From assembly GCA_965220085.1 (NCBI GenBank), contig CBDCOZ010000003.1, forward strand, positions 1,664,001 through 1,728,000: a stretch of DNA of 64,000 nucleotides. The letters run 5' to 3'. Below are positions 20,939 to 32,419 of this stretch, in pieces. The position numbers and the translations under genes are program-made. This stretch comes from Candidatus Oxydemutatoraceae bacterium. Its GTDB lineage: Bacteria > Pseudomonadota > Gammaproteobacteria > Poriferisulfidales > Oxydemutatoraceae. The notes beneath the pieces were generated by a model. The model had not been told where the DNA came from and made no database searches. It worked only from the letters and a program-made list of their open reading frames with translations. The stretch's first letter is position 1, and each line of letters begins with the position of its first letter.

Positions 20939-21421
20939 ATGGATTACAAAACTGCGGATTTATGCGACCGGCGCTCCGACACCCTCTCCGTTGCCAGCCC
21001 CGGCCGGATGAGAGACTTTGGCGGCAAAAATATTTTTAGCGGTGTTATTGAAACAGTCAAGTGTTTTGAAGATAACTCTTTTGTGCGCCGCGCGCTTGAA
21101 ACCGACGGTACCGGCAAGGCGCTGGTCGTCGATGGCGACGGTTCTATGCGTTGCGCTTTGCTCGGAGACATCCTCGCCGCGCTGGCGGTTAAGAATCATT
21201 GGCGCGGCATTGTCGTCAATGGTTGTATTCGGGATTCGCAACTGATAGGGGAGTTGCCGCTTGGCGTCAAAGCCCTTGCCACAAACCCGCTTAAAAGCGT
21301 CAAAAACAATGTCGGCGAACACAATGTCGCGGTGGAATTCTGCGATGTGCGCTTTGTGCCCGGTCACTGGCTGTTTGCCGATGCCGACGGCATCGTTCTA
21401 TCGCCGGACAAACCGGAATAA
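20939..21421 (+). CDS. rraA: RraA family (RNase E regulator / HMG aldolase-like)
   Basis: TADLCD, TVKCFEDNS, LVVDG.GS.RCALLGD, NGCIRD, FADADGI. Confidence 0.92.
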   Translation: MDYKTADLCDRRSDTLSVASPGRMRDFGGKNIFSGVIETVKCFEDNSFVRRALETDGTGKALVVDGDGSMRCALLGDILAALAVKNHWRGIVVNGCIRDSQLIGELPLGVKALATNPLKSVKNNVGEHNVAVEFCDVRFVPGHWLFADADGIVLSPDKPE

Positions 21422-21476
21422 ACTCGGACAACCGCTCCCGACCTTCGCCGCCGCCCGATTTGCCGGGCTTGATGCC

Positions 21477-22817
21477 CTAGAGGTCAAAATCGTCGCGGTC
21501 GCTCGGGTCGTCGCAATCGCGCTTGGGAAACTCGGGGTGTTCCGCCGCATATTTGTCGGCCTTTTCATTCGCGACCCGACGCGCAAAGCCGCTGCTGTCA
21601 TCTATCCAGTCGCTCGTCAGGTTCCATTTGCGCTGTTGCGCATCCCATTGTTGGAAACGCGCCAAGTGAACGGCGGCGTGATCCCGACATGTGACTTTGA
21701 TCGGAGGAACCACATCGGCCATCCCCATCCGCTTAAGATCGTCCCGGGTCAACTCAATGTTTTCAAAGCCCCAGCGCATATGCCCGCTGTGAAGATTCCT
21801 GCCAAAACGCTTCTGCGCGACACGAATCGCTTCGGTCGACATCACGGCGGCCCACACACCGAGGTTCCAGTACACACTGCCGATGCGGTTCCGGTCTTCC
21901 AGGCTGCCCTTCCCTTCGTTATAAAGTCGGGCGATGATCTCTTCGGCAATCGGGTAATCCTTGCCCGCGCGCGCTACGGTTACCGCCTGATAGCCGTCGG
22001 CCGCTTGGCCGGCGGGGATGACATCCTCGTCGGAGTTGCTCCACTCGCTGCCGATGATTCTGGATACGCTGTAGCCGTTGCGAACTGCGGTTTGCAGCGC
22101 CACCGGGTTCATAACGCCCCAGCCGCGCAAAAAGATATACGCGGGTTTGAGTTTGCGAATTGTCAGCCACTGCGCGCTTTGTTCGTTCCCCGGATGGGGC
22201 GCTTCGATCGCTTCGTGCTTGAAGCCGTACCTCTCGCCGAGCCTGTCCAGGAACGCATTGGCTTCGCGGCCGTAGGGGGAACCGTGGTGCAACGTGACGA
22301 TGGTCTCGCCTTTGAGCTTATACATGCCCCCCATCTGCGCCCCCATCCGCTTGATGGCCGCGTAAGCAAAGTCGTACGCGTTCGTGCCCAACGGAAACTG
22401 ATACGGAAAGACATCGCCGCGCTCGGTCTCGGTCAAGCCGTGGTTGACACTGATAATCGGCACTTTGTCACGCCGCGCTTGTTCGATGAGCCCTGCGGAA
22501 ATGCCGACACTCAGAGGATCAAAGTAAAGCGCATTGCCTTGGCGACTTTTCTTTTGGCGGTGATAACATGCGATGCCTTTGGCGCGGTTGTACTCGGTTT
22601 CGCATTCGTCCCAAACGAGTTTGACTCCGCCGATACCGCCATCGCGGTCATTCAAAAGCGTGAAGTAATCTATGACGCCGCCGAAATATCCGGCGCCGCC
22701 GGCTGCGTAAGGGCCGGTGCGATACACCGGCATCGGAATATAGTACGGCTCCGCAGCGGGCGCCGCCGAGGCAAGAAACATCGCGGCTATGCCGACCGTG
22801 GCTATCAACTTCCTCAT
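21477..22817 (-). CDS. ABC transporter substrate-binding protein, branched-chain amino acid (periplasmic binding type 1) family; no permeases adjacent
   Basis: Signal peptide; YRTGPYA..G, ECETEY, SPYGRE, HPGNEQSAQW, GWGVMNPVAL. Confidence 0.85.
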   Translation of the reverse strand: MRKLIATVGIAAMFLASAAPAAEPYYIPMPVYRTGPYAAGGAGYFGGVIDYFTLLNDRDGGIGGVKLVWDECETEYNRAKGIACYHRQKKSRQGNALYFDPLSVGISAGLIEQARRDKVPIISVNHGLTETERGDVFPYQFPLGTNAYDFAYAAIKRMGAQMGGMYKLKGETIVTLHHGSPYGREANAFLDRLGERYGFKHEAIEAPHPGNEQSAQWLTIRKLKPAYIFLRGWGVMNPVALQTAVRNGYSVSRIIGSEWSNSDEDVIPAGQAADGYQAVTVARAGKDYPIAEEIIARLYNEGKGSLEDRNRIGSVYWNLGVWAAVMSTEAIRVAQKRFGRNLHSGHMRWGFENIELTRDDLKRMGMADVVPPIKVTCRDHAAVHLARFQQWDAQQRKWNLTSDWIDDSSGFARRVANEKADKYAAEHPEFPKRDCDDPSDRDDFDL

Positions 22818-22960
22818 AAAATACCCCCTATCATAAAATACCCCCTGCATCGCAAATATTGACAACTGACATACTCATCATGAAGTATGATAAGACAAAC
22901 GACAAGATTATAAAACACGGCTTGGGCACTTTGGATACAAACTATACATCGCCACAGCAA

Positions 22961-24364
22961 ATGTCCCGCATTGCGCCGGTTCTCCCGCTCCTGTGCGCCC
23001 TGCTCGGCGCCGCCGGCTGTGACGGGCAACTGGAGCAGGATGAGCCGCAGCCGTCGGTCATTCGAGCGGCGGTGCGCATCAACCCCGCAAGTTACTACTG
23101 GAACAACGGTCGGGCAACGGGACTGGATCACAGCTTGCTGCGGGCCTTTGCGGAAAGATACGACAAGGAGCTCGTCGTCATACCCGTTGCGACCGTGCGC
23201 GATGCGCTGGACTTGCTTGCGGCGGGCGATGCGCACATTGCCGCCGGGTCGCTGACCGGCGCAGACGAATTGAGCGAGGAGTTTGTCGCTTCTTCGCCGT
23301 ATTACGGCCTTCGTCAGCAGGTGCTTTACCACTACTCTCCGAACGCATTGCCGCCGGACACATCCGCTCTGCCTTTGGGGAGATTTGAAATCAGCTCTCA
23401 CCCGGCGCATATGCAAACGCTCAATCAAATCAAGCGGAAAAGCAATAGCTCCGAGACTTGGGCCGTCAACTCCGAGCTTGATTCGCACCGTCTGATCGCG
23501 CTTCTCAATGCCGGTTTGATTCGCTACACCATTGCGGACTCCAACGAATTGGCGATGTCGCGCCCGTCCTATCCGTATGTCAAGGTCGCGGCCACTCTGG
23601 AAGACGAGAAGCCGGTCGTGTGGTTGCTGAAAAAGTCGGCGGATACCGCTCTTGTCGGCGCGGTGAACACTTTCTTCGCCGCCATACAATCCGATCGCAG
23701 TTTGGAGCGGATGATAGATACGCAGTATCATCCGGGAGCGGCTTTGAGTTACCCCGACAAGGTCACCCTGATTGAGCGCCGGGACAAATACCTGCCGCAG
23801 TACGAGCAATATTTTAAAGACGCCGCAAAGCCGTACGGGCTTGATTGGAAATTCATCGCCGCCATCTCTTATCAGGAATCGCGCTGGAATAAGCGCGCGA
23901 CCTCGCCGACCGGCGTCAAGGGCTTGATGATGCTGACTCTGGACACCGCTCAAAAATACGGCTTGAAAGACCGACTTGACCCGCGCTCCAGTATCTTCGC
24001 CGGCGTGAAATACTTCCATGAGATAAAAGAGCGCGTACGGCCGGATACGCCCGAACCCGATCGCACTTGGATGGCGCTTGCGGCCTATAACTTGGGGCGC
24101 GGCCATTTGCAGGACGCGCTCGTGCTGACCAAAAAGAATGGCGGCGATGCCTCGGTCTGGACGGATGTCGCAAAATCGCTTGATTTGTTGCAACAAAAGA
24201 AGTGGTATGACAAGGCGAGGCATGGCAAACCGATAGGCGGCGATGGCACCGCATATGTGCGCAATGTCCGGCTGTACCATAATCTCCTTGCCCGTCTGGA
24301 GGGGGATATTTCTACCGACATCCCCGAAGATACGGATTTGGGCGACTACACCCCGCCGCGTTAA
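22961..24364 (+). CDS. mltF: Membrane-bound lytic murein transglycosylase F
   Basis: SBP-like N-domain plus SLT domain AAISYQESRW..ATSPTGVKGLMMLT, ALAAYNLG.GH..DA. Confidence 0.9.
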   Translation: MSRIAPVLPLLCALLGAAGCDGQLEQDEPQPSVIRAAVRINPASYYWNNGRATGLDHSLLRAFAERYDKELVVIPVATVRDALDLLAAGDAHIAAGSLTGADELSEEFVASSPYYGLRQQVLYHYSPNALPPDTSALPLGRFEISSHPAHMQTLNQIKRKSNSSETWAVNSELDSHRLIALLNAGLIRYTIADSNELAMSRPSYPYVKVAATLEDEKPVVWLLKKSADTALVGAVNTFFAAIQSDRSLERMIDTQYHPGAALSYPDKVTLIERRDKYLPQYEQYFKDAAKPYGLDWKFIAAISYQESRWNKRATSPTGVKGLMMLTLDTAQKYGLKDRLDPRSSIFAGVKYFHEIKERVRPDTPEPDRTWMALAAYNLGRGHLQDALVLTKKNGGDASVWTDVAKSLDLLQQKKWYDKARHGKPIGGDGTAYVRNVRLYHNLLARLEGDISTDIPEDTDLGDYTPPR

Positions 24365-24366
24365 AA

Positions 24367-24440
24367 GGCGCTTCAAAGGCCCTTCAAAGCCGCTTCAAGG
24401 CCCCTTCAAAGCCAGGCCCCTTCAAAGCCACTTCAAAGCA
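24367..24440. repeat. Six degenerate CTTCAA(A)G-core short repeats between convergent mltF and tadA
   Basis: CTTCAA occurs six times in about 70 bp. Confidence 0.8.
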
Positions 24441-24441
24441 C

Positions 24442-26461
<2,020 letters not shown>

Positions 26462-26478
26462 GTCTGACCGCGATGTCG

Positions 26479-27948
26479 CTATTCGACATGATAGTTCGGC
26501 GCTTCTTTGGTAATCGCAACATCGTGCACATGACTCTCGCGCATGCCGGCCTGAGTAATGCGTATGAATCGGCTATTCTGATGAAACTCTTGTATGTCGC
26601 GACAGCCCAGATAGGCCATGCTCGCCCGCACGCCGCCGATCAATTGATACGCAACTTCGGCAAAATCTCCTCTGAACGGCACCCTGCCCTCAATGCCTTC
26701 CGGTACCATTTTTGCGTTCGGGTCCTGAGAATAACGCTCGCCGGAACCGCTTTTCATGGCGACGGTAGAACCCATTCCGCGATAAGCCTTATAAGAGCGC
26801 CCTTGATACAACTCAATCTCGCCGGGCGCTTCCGCAGTGCCCGCAAACAAGCTGCCGATCATGACCGTATCCGCGCCCGCGGCGAGCGCTTTGGCAATGT
26901 CCCCCGAAAAACGTATGCCGCCGTCCGCAATCACTCTGGCCTTGCCTTTGACAGCCCGCGCCGCTTCGTATATTGCGGTGAATTGCGGCACACCGACACC
27001 CGCCACAATGCGGGTGGTGCAGATGGACCCGGGCCCGATGCCGACCTTGACCGCATCGGCGCCGTGTTTGACCAAACTCTCCGCCGCATCGCCTGTCGCC
27101 ACATTGCCCGCAATGAGGGGCAGGTCGGGATATTCCTTTCTGAGAATGGCAACCGTGTCCATGACGCGAGCGGTGAAGCCGTGCGCGGTATCCACTACAA
27201 TCGCGTCCGCGCCCGCTTCCGTTAATTGCGCCGCGCGCTCGATATTCTCGGTTCCGACCCCTACCGCCGCGCCGACGCGCAATTGACCGCAGCCATCTTT
27301 GCAGGCGTTGGGATACTGAATTGATTTTTGGAAATCCTTGACGGTAATCATCCCTTTGAGTTCAAAATCATCGTTGACCACCAGCACTTTTTCTATGCGA
27401 TGCCTGTGCAGCAAGCCGCGAACTTCCTGTTTGTCCGCTCCCTCCTTGACCGTGACCAATTTCTCTTTTGGCGTCATAACGGATGACACCATCGCATCCA
27501 TTCTTGTTTCAAAACGCAAATCGCGACGCGTAACCAGACCGACCAAATCTTTGCCCGCTACGACCGGAACGCCGGAGATGTTGTGGCGGCGAATTAAATC
27601 TACGACCTCGCGAATCAAAGCGTCGGGGCCGACCGTGATGGGATCTTTAATCACGCCGCTTTCAAACTTTTTGACCTGCCTGATTTCGGCGGCTTGTTGT
27701 TCGGCGGACATGTTTTTGTGGATAAACCCAAGCCCGCCTTCCTGCGCAATGGCGATAGCCAAGGCGGCTTCGCTGACGGTGTCCATCGCCGCCGATACCA
27801 GAGGAATATTCAGGGTGATGTCGCGAGCGAGAGCAGATTGCAACACAACATCAGCGGGCAATACCGCCGAGCGGGCGGGCACTAACAGCACATCATCAAA
27901 TGTGAGCCCTTCCCGCAAGCTATCCATCAGTGTTCTCGCATTATCCAT
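26479..27948 (-). CDS. guaB: IMP dehydrogenase
   Basis: [13 protein letters not shown] pair, [23 protein letters not shown]. Confidence 0.98.
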   Translation of the reverse strand: MDNARTLMDSLREGLTFDDVLLVPARSAVLPADVVLQSALARDITLNIPLVSAAMDTVSEAALAIAIAQEGGLGFIHKNMSAEQQAAEIRQVKKFESGVIKDPITVGPDALIREVVDLIRRHNISGVPVVAGKDLVGLVTRRDLRFETRMDAMVSSVMTPKEKLVTVKEGADKQEVRGLLHRHRIEKVLVVNDDFELKGMITVKDFQKSIQYPNACKDGCGQLRVGAAVGVGTENIERAAQLTEAGADAIVVDTAHGFTARVMDTVAILRKEYPDLPLIAGNVATGDAAESLVKHGADAVKVGIGPGSICTTRIVAGVGVPQFTAIYEAARAVKGKARVIADGGIRFSGDIAKALAAGADTVMIGSLFAGTAEAPGEIELYQGRSYKAYRGMGSTVAMKSGSGERYSQDPNAKMVPEGIEGRVPFRGDFAEVAYQLIGGVRASMAYLGCRDIQEFHQNSRFIRITQAGMRESHVHDVAITKEAPNYHVE

Positions 27949-28010
27949 TAGGGTATAGAATGGGGCTAATTTTATCACACCGCATAATGTAATGCCACAA
28001 ATAAACGACC

Positions 28011-29360
28011 ATGAACCTCGCTCCTGACAAAGACGCAATCTATACGGTTACACAGGTCACGACTGAGATCAGGCACGAACTGACAAAGCGGTTCTCCGCG
28101 GTCTGGGTCCAGGGCGAGATATCCGACCTCTTTGTCGCCGCTTCGGGGCATGTGTATCTGTCTCTCAAGGACGAAAATTCGCAAATTCGCTGTGCGATGT
28201 TCCGCAAGCAGAATCAAAGGCTCGCTTTTGATCCGGAGAGCGGCATCAAAGTGACGGTTTGCGCCAAGGCGGATATATATCAGCCGCGCGGCGACCTGCA
28301 ACTGATCATCGAACACATGGAGCCCGCCGGGTTCGGAGAATTGCAACTCAAGTTTGAGCAACTGAAGAAGCGGCTCGGTGCGGAGGGCTTGTTTGATGAG
28401 GCGCGCAAAAAGACGATACCCGCATGGCCGAGCGCGATCGGTATTATCACTTCGCCCAAGGGAGCCGCTCTGCACGACACGCTGTCGACGCTTAAAAACC
28501 GTTTTGGAGCCATCGACATCATTATTTATCCGACTCTGGTACAAGGCAGGGAGGCGCCCGCCGAAATTTGCAAAATGCTGAAAACCGCAAATGAGAGACG
28601 CGAAGTCGATACCCTTTTGCTGGTCAGAGGCGGCGGGTCGCTTGAGGACTTGCAAGCATTCAATGAGGAGGCGGTTGCCAGACAAATAGCGGCGACAGAT
28701 ATACCTGTCGTCAGCGGTATCGGGCATGAAATCGATTTTACGATCGCCGACTTTGTCAGCGATGTTCGCGCGCCCACCCCGACGGCGGCGGCGGTGGCGG
28801 CCTGCCCCGACGCACAGACGCTGCGGGCGGACTTGGGGAAATGCGAAAGGCAACTGGCGCAACTGTTGCGTAACACAGTCAAACATATGACATCCGAACT
28901 TGATGTGGCCGAAACAAAGTTAATCCGCTTTCATCCGATCACACAAATTCGGGACCTTGCGCAAAAGATTGATTCGCTGCAAAAGCAGATGACGACGACG
29001 ATTCAAAACTCCTTGCATTTGGCAAAACAATCGCTCAAACACAATCGGCTGGTGTTGATGCACTACAACCCGAATGTGTCTATTGCCAATATTAAAAATG
29101 TATTGCAGGCGCGATCTCAGAGCATCACGGCGGCCATCGATCGGGTCATCGCGAATAACAAGCGCTCGCTCCGCGAAACCGAGACACAATTAACGACGCT
29201 GAGCCCTTATGCGACACTGGAAAGGGGTTATGCTTTTGTCCGCGATGATAAGGGGAAAATCGTCCGATCATCGCGTTCCCTCCGCAACGGTATGACGGTC
29301 GATGTCAGGCTGGCGCACGGAAGTTTTGATGCGGAGGTCAAAAATACGAAGCAAGATTAG
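28011..29360 (+). CDS. xseA: Exodeoxyribonuclease VII large subunit
   Basis: SGHVYLSLKD, RGGGSLEDL..FNEE, GIGHEIDFTIADFV.D.RAPTPTAAA; divergent from guaB as usual. Confidence 0.96.
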   Translation: MNLAPDKDAIYTVTQVTTEIRHELTKRFSAVWVQGEISDLFVAASGHVYLSLKDENSQIRCAMFRKQNQRLAFDPESGIKVTVCAKADIYQPRGDLQLIIEHMEPAGFGELQLKFEQLKKRLGAEGLFDEARKKTIPAWPSAIGIITSPKGAALHDTLSTLKNRFGAIDIIIYPTLVQGREAPAEICKMLKTANERREVDTLLLVRGGGSLEDLQAFNEEAVARQIAATDIPVVSGIGHEIDFTIADFVSDVRAPTPTAAAVAACPDAQTLRADLGKCERQLAQLLRNTVKHMTSELDVAETKLIRFHPITQIRDLAQKIDSLQKQMTTTIQNSLHLAKQSLKHNRLVLMHYNPNVSIANIKNVLQARSQSITAAIDRVIANNKRSLRETETQLTTLSPYATLERGYAFVRDDKGKIVRSSRSLRNGMTVDVRLAHGSFDAEVKNTKQD

Positions 29361-29432
29361 TACTTTTCTTGCCAGACCCCTTGCATATTTAGCCGAAAAC
29401 TGATAAAAAGACACATTTTTACGGAAAATAGC

Positions 29433-30770
29433 ATGGCGACAAAGAAGCGAAAACCAGTACGCAAAAGACAACCCTCAACGAAGAAATTGACACGCGGGAA
29501 GAAGGCGGCGCGCAAAAAGGCAACCAAGCGCAAGACCGTTGCCGCTACAAAGAAGGCAACGCGCAAGAAGGTAACCAAGCGCAAGACCGTTGCCGCTACA
29601 AAGAAGGCAACGCGCAAAAAGGCAACCAAGCGCAAGACCGTTGCCGCTACAAAGAAGGCAACGCGCAAGAAGGTAACCAAGCGCAAGACCGTTGCCGCTA
29701 CAAAGAAGGCAACGCGCAAGAAGGCAACCAAGCGCAAGACCGCTGCCGCTACGAAGAAGGCAACGCGCAAAAAGGTCACCAAGCGCAAGACCTCTGCCGC
29801 TACAAAGAAGGTAGCACGCAAGAAGGTCACCAAGCGCAAGACCGCTGCCGCTACGAAGAAGGCAACGCGCAAAAAGGTCACCAAGCGCAAGACCTCTGCC
29901 GCTACAAAGAAGGTAGCACGCAAGAAGGTAACCAAGCGCAAGACCTCTGCCGTCAAAAAGAGGGCAACGCGCAAGAAGGTAACCAAGCGCAAGACCGTTG
30001 CCGTCAAAAAGAAGGCAACGCGCAAAAAGGTAACCAAGCGCAAGACCTCCGCCGCCAAAAAGAGGGTCACGCGCAAAAAAGTAACCAAGCGCAAGACCTC
30101 CGCTACTAAAAAGAGGGTCACGCGCAAAAAAGTAACCAAGCGCAAGACCTCTGCTACCAAAAAGAGGGTCACGCGCAAAAAAGTAACCAAGCGCAAGACC
30201 TCCGCTACCAAAAAGAGGGTCACGCGCAAAAAAGTAACCAAGCGCAAGACCTCTGCTACCAAAAAGAGGGTCACGCGCAAGAAGGCGCCGCAGAAGAAAA
30301 GAGCCGCATCCGGCCGGAAGGCAACGGCGGCACCCGCAAAGAAATCAAGCGCCAGAATGATTGCGTCGGCAAAGAAGGCGCGGAAAACGCATTCTCGCCA
30401 CTATATGACGCCAAAACAACTGGAGATGTTCAAAGAGAAGCTCATTGCATGGAAAAAAGAACTGATGCAAGAGGCGGACCGAACCGTCGTGCATATGCAG
30501 GAAGAGTCATCGACTTTTGCCGACTCAAATGACCGCGCAACGCAAGAAGAAGAATTCGGACGCGAACTAAAAAGCCGCGACCGGGAAAGAAAGTTGATTA
30601 AAAAGATAAATGAAGCGCTGATGCGGATAGACAACCATGAATTTGGCTACTGCGAAGAGTGCGCGGCGCCGATCGGTATCACGAGGCTGACCGCCCGTCC
30701 TATCACCACCATGTGCATAGACTGCAAGACCTTGGCCGAAGTGATGGAAAAGCAAGCCTCCCATGTTTAA
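29433..30770 (+). CDS. dksA: DksA with a Lys/Arg/Ala/Thr histone-H1-like N-terminal extension of about 320 aa
   Basis: C-terminal YM...QL..F, DSNDRATQEEEF..EL..RDRERKLI.KI and CEEC...CIDCK zinc finger. Confidence 0.92.
   Translation: MATKKRKPVRKRQPSTKKLTRGKKAARKKATKRKTVAATKKATRKKVTKRKTVAATKKATRKKATKRKTVAATKKATRKKVTKRKTVAATKKATRKKATKRKTAAATKKATRKKVTKRKTSAATKKVARKKVTKRKTAAATKKATRKKVTKRKTSAATKKVARKKVTKRKTSAVKKRATRKKVTKRKTVAVKKKATRKKVTKRKTSAAKKRVTRKKVTKRKTSATKKRVTRKKVTKRKTSATKKRVTRKKVTKRKTSATKKRVTRKKVTKRKTSATKKRVTRKKAPQKKRAASGRKATAAPAKKSSARMIASAKKARKTHSRHYMTPKQLEMFKEKLIAWKKELMQEADRTVVHMQEESSTFADSNDRATQEEEFGRELKSRDRERKLIKKINEALMRIDNHEFGYCEECAAPIGITRLTARPITTMCIDCKTLAEVMEKQASHV
29499..30284 (+). 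repeat. 51-bp (17-aa) coding tandem repeat, 15 full copies plus a partial
   Basis: Units KKATRKKVTKRKTVAAT grading into KRVTRKKVTKRKTSATK. Confidence 0.95.
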
Positions 30771-30783
30771 TCGCAAACCGTGC

Positions 30784-30814
30784 GATAGCCTTTGACGTCG
30801 CGTCAAAGGCTATC
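30784..30814. terminator. Perfect 14-bp hairpin between convergent dksA and reductase genes
   Basis: GATAGCCTTTGACG-tcg-CGTCAAAGGCTATC; no clear U-tract. Confidence 0.6.
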
Positions 30815-31889
30815 AACGGCCGCCTTTGATCGTGCTGGCGTCAAGGAACTTGTCGTAAAAAATTGCGTCTTCCTTCACCCCCGATGCGACAAGCATTTCA
30901 ATGGCCACATCTATCATCGGCGGCGGGCCGCACAGATAAGCCTGACATTCTGACGGAGTGATTTTATTCGTGTCAATATACATGGCTTTCAAACAGTCGG
31001 TCACATAACCTCGCGGCCCCGACCAATCGCTGCCGTCGGGCTCATCCGACAGAACCTTCACAAAGTCAAATGTATTGGACGGGTTCCACTTTTGCTTGAT
31101 AATCCGCATCTCCTCATCGCAATACAAATCGCGCTGCGCTCTGGCGCCAAACAGAAAATAGGCATCGCGCGGCGCCTTGGCATTGGCGGCGTGTTCCAGT
31201 ATCGCCTTGACCGCGCTGACTCCGTTGCCGCCGGCAAGGCAGATCATCGGCCCGCTGCCTTCGCGAAGCCAAAAGTTGCCGTAAGGCGCGCTGATCTCAA
31301 ATTTCTCGCCGGTGCGATCCGCGGCAAACAGCCAGTCGGTAAACTCCCCTCCGGGAACATGGCGTATAAAAAATGTTATTTCGTTAGCCTCCTCGTCCCG
31401 AGGATCTTTTGCAAAAGAATATGATCTGGGACTCTTGAATTGCGGAGAGCGCACTTCCGCATACTGACCGGCCAACATGCCCTCGGGCAGGGCCTGATCG
31501 CAAGCGAGGGTCAGTTGGAGAATATCGTGAGTCAATGAGCGAACTTTGGTTAACTCGCCCAGACAGGCGGCGGCTTGCACAAGCGGTGTCTCACTCAGGC
31601 TGACATCGACCTCAATATCACTGCGCAACTCGCTCTGGCAGGCAAGAATCATGCCCTCCTCGAGTTGATCGCTGTCTAAAACAAAAGAAAAATCGGACAG
31701 ATGCTTGACCCTGCCTTTGCGGAGATAGCACTGGCATGCTCCGCAATTGCCGGCACGGCAACCGTGAGGCCATGCCAGTCCCGCTTCCAAGCCCGCCTGC
31801 AAAAGGTTCTGGCCTGACTTAACGAGCAAGGCGGTATCAGAGTTAACCGTCGCGTTGTAATCTTTTTTGCGACTGAGAAACCAGTTCAA
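30813..31889 (-). CDS. 2Fe-2S ferredoxin:FAD/NAD(P)H oxidoreductase (XylA-like monooxygenase reductase)
   Basis: CRAGNCGAC..LACQ plant-type cluster, RSYSFA, GEFT, YLCGPPPMID, DKF; GGAGG before TTG. Confidence 0.85.
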   Translation of the reverse strand: MNWFLSRKKDYNATVNSDTALLVKSGQNLLQAGLEAGLAWPHGCRAGNCGACQCYLRKGRVKHLSDFSFVLDSDQLEEGMILACQSELRSDIEVDVSLSETPLVQAAACLGELTKVRSLTHDILQLTLACDQALPEGMLAGQYAEVRSPQFKSPRSYSFAKDPRDEEANEITFFIRHVPGGEFTDWLFAADRTGEKFEISAPYGNFWLREGSGPMICLAGGNGVSAVKAILEHAANAKAPRDAYFLFGARAQRDLYCDEEMRIIKQKWNPSNTFDFVKVLSDEPDGSDWSGPRGYVTDCLKAMYIDTNKITPSECQAYLCGPPPMIDVAIEMLVASGVKEDAIFYDKFLDASTIKGGR

Positions 31890-32074
31890 AAACCCCTCCG
31901 GTATTCAAAATCACGCCCCGAAAATCCGACACATTGGCGTTGCCAATCATACGCAGACTTTCCGGCCTTCCGGCGCATACTTGCAAAGCTGAAACCCACC
32001 CGCTGATAGGCAACGGATGGGGGTCAGCTTCTTAAAATGTTAAGAGATAAGAGAAATATATCTCTTGATAGCCG

Positions 32075-32254
32075 CTAGTCTTCGATAGTCAATGCGCCCG
32101 AAGGGCACTCGGCTACCTGCTTGCGAATCGACTCTTCGCTCGCACCGCTTTGGTCAATCACGAATTTGCCGTCAACTACTTTGAATACTGTCGGCAAGCC
32201 TTTCACACATTCGCCTGCGTGGGTGCAAACATCTCCATTCCATTTAACATTCAT
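32075..32254 (-). CDS. 59-aa divergent 4Fe-4S mono-cluster ferredoxin (YjdI/Fer4_19-like), absent from the ORF track
   Basis: Own translation MNVKWNGDVCTHAGECVKGLPTVFKVVDGKFVIDQSGASEESIRKQVAECPSGALTIED; C.H.G.C..GLP.VF and CPSGAL; AGGGGG RBS. Confidence 0.88.
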   Translation of the reverse strand: MNVKWNGDVCTHAGECVKGLPTVFKVVDGKFVIDQSGASEESIRKQVAECPSGALTIED

Positions 32255-32419
32255 TGTTATATCCCCCTAAATTAATAAGTAAACAATTTATTTTCTCAGC
32301 TTCCGCCGAGAGCGTAGTACTTTATCATACTATCCTGTATGGCTTATAAATCGCCGACTCAGGCGCCGATAGCGGCGGATTTGGTCGTTTCATAAGCCCC
32401 CATATGCGGGCAAAACAGC

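Noticed and set aside
21261-24376. Long ORFs 21261-22862 (+) and 22814-24376 (-)
   Set aside because: Antisense to well-supported SBP and mltF genes; expected in GC-rich DNA; no motifs
29357-30280. 307-aa hydrophobic repeat ORF on the minus strand
   Set aside because: Antisense shadow of the dksA 51-bp repeat
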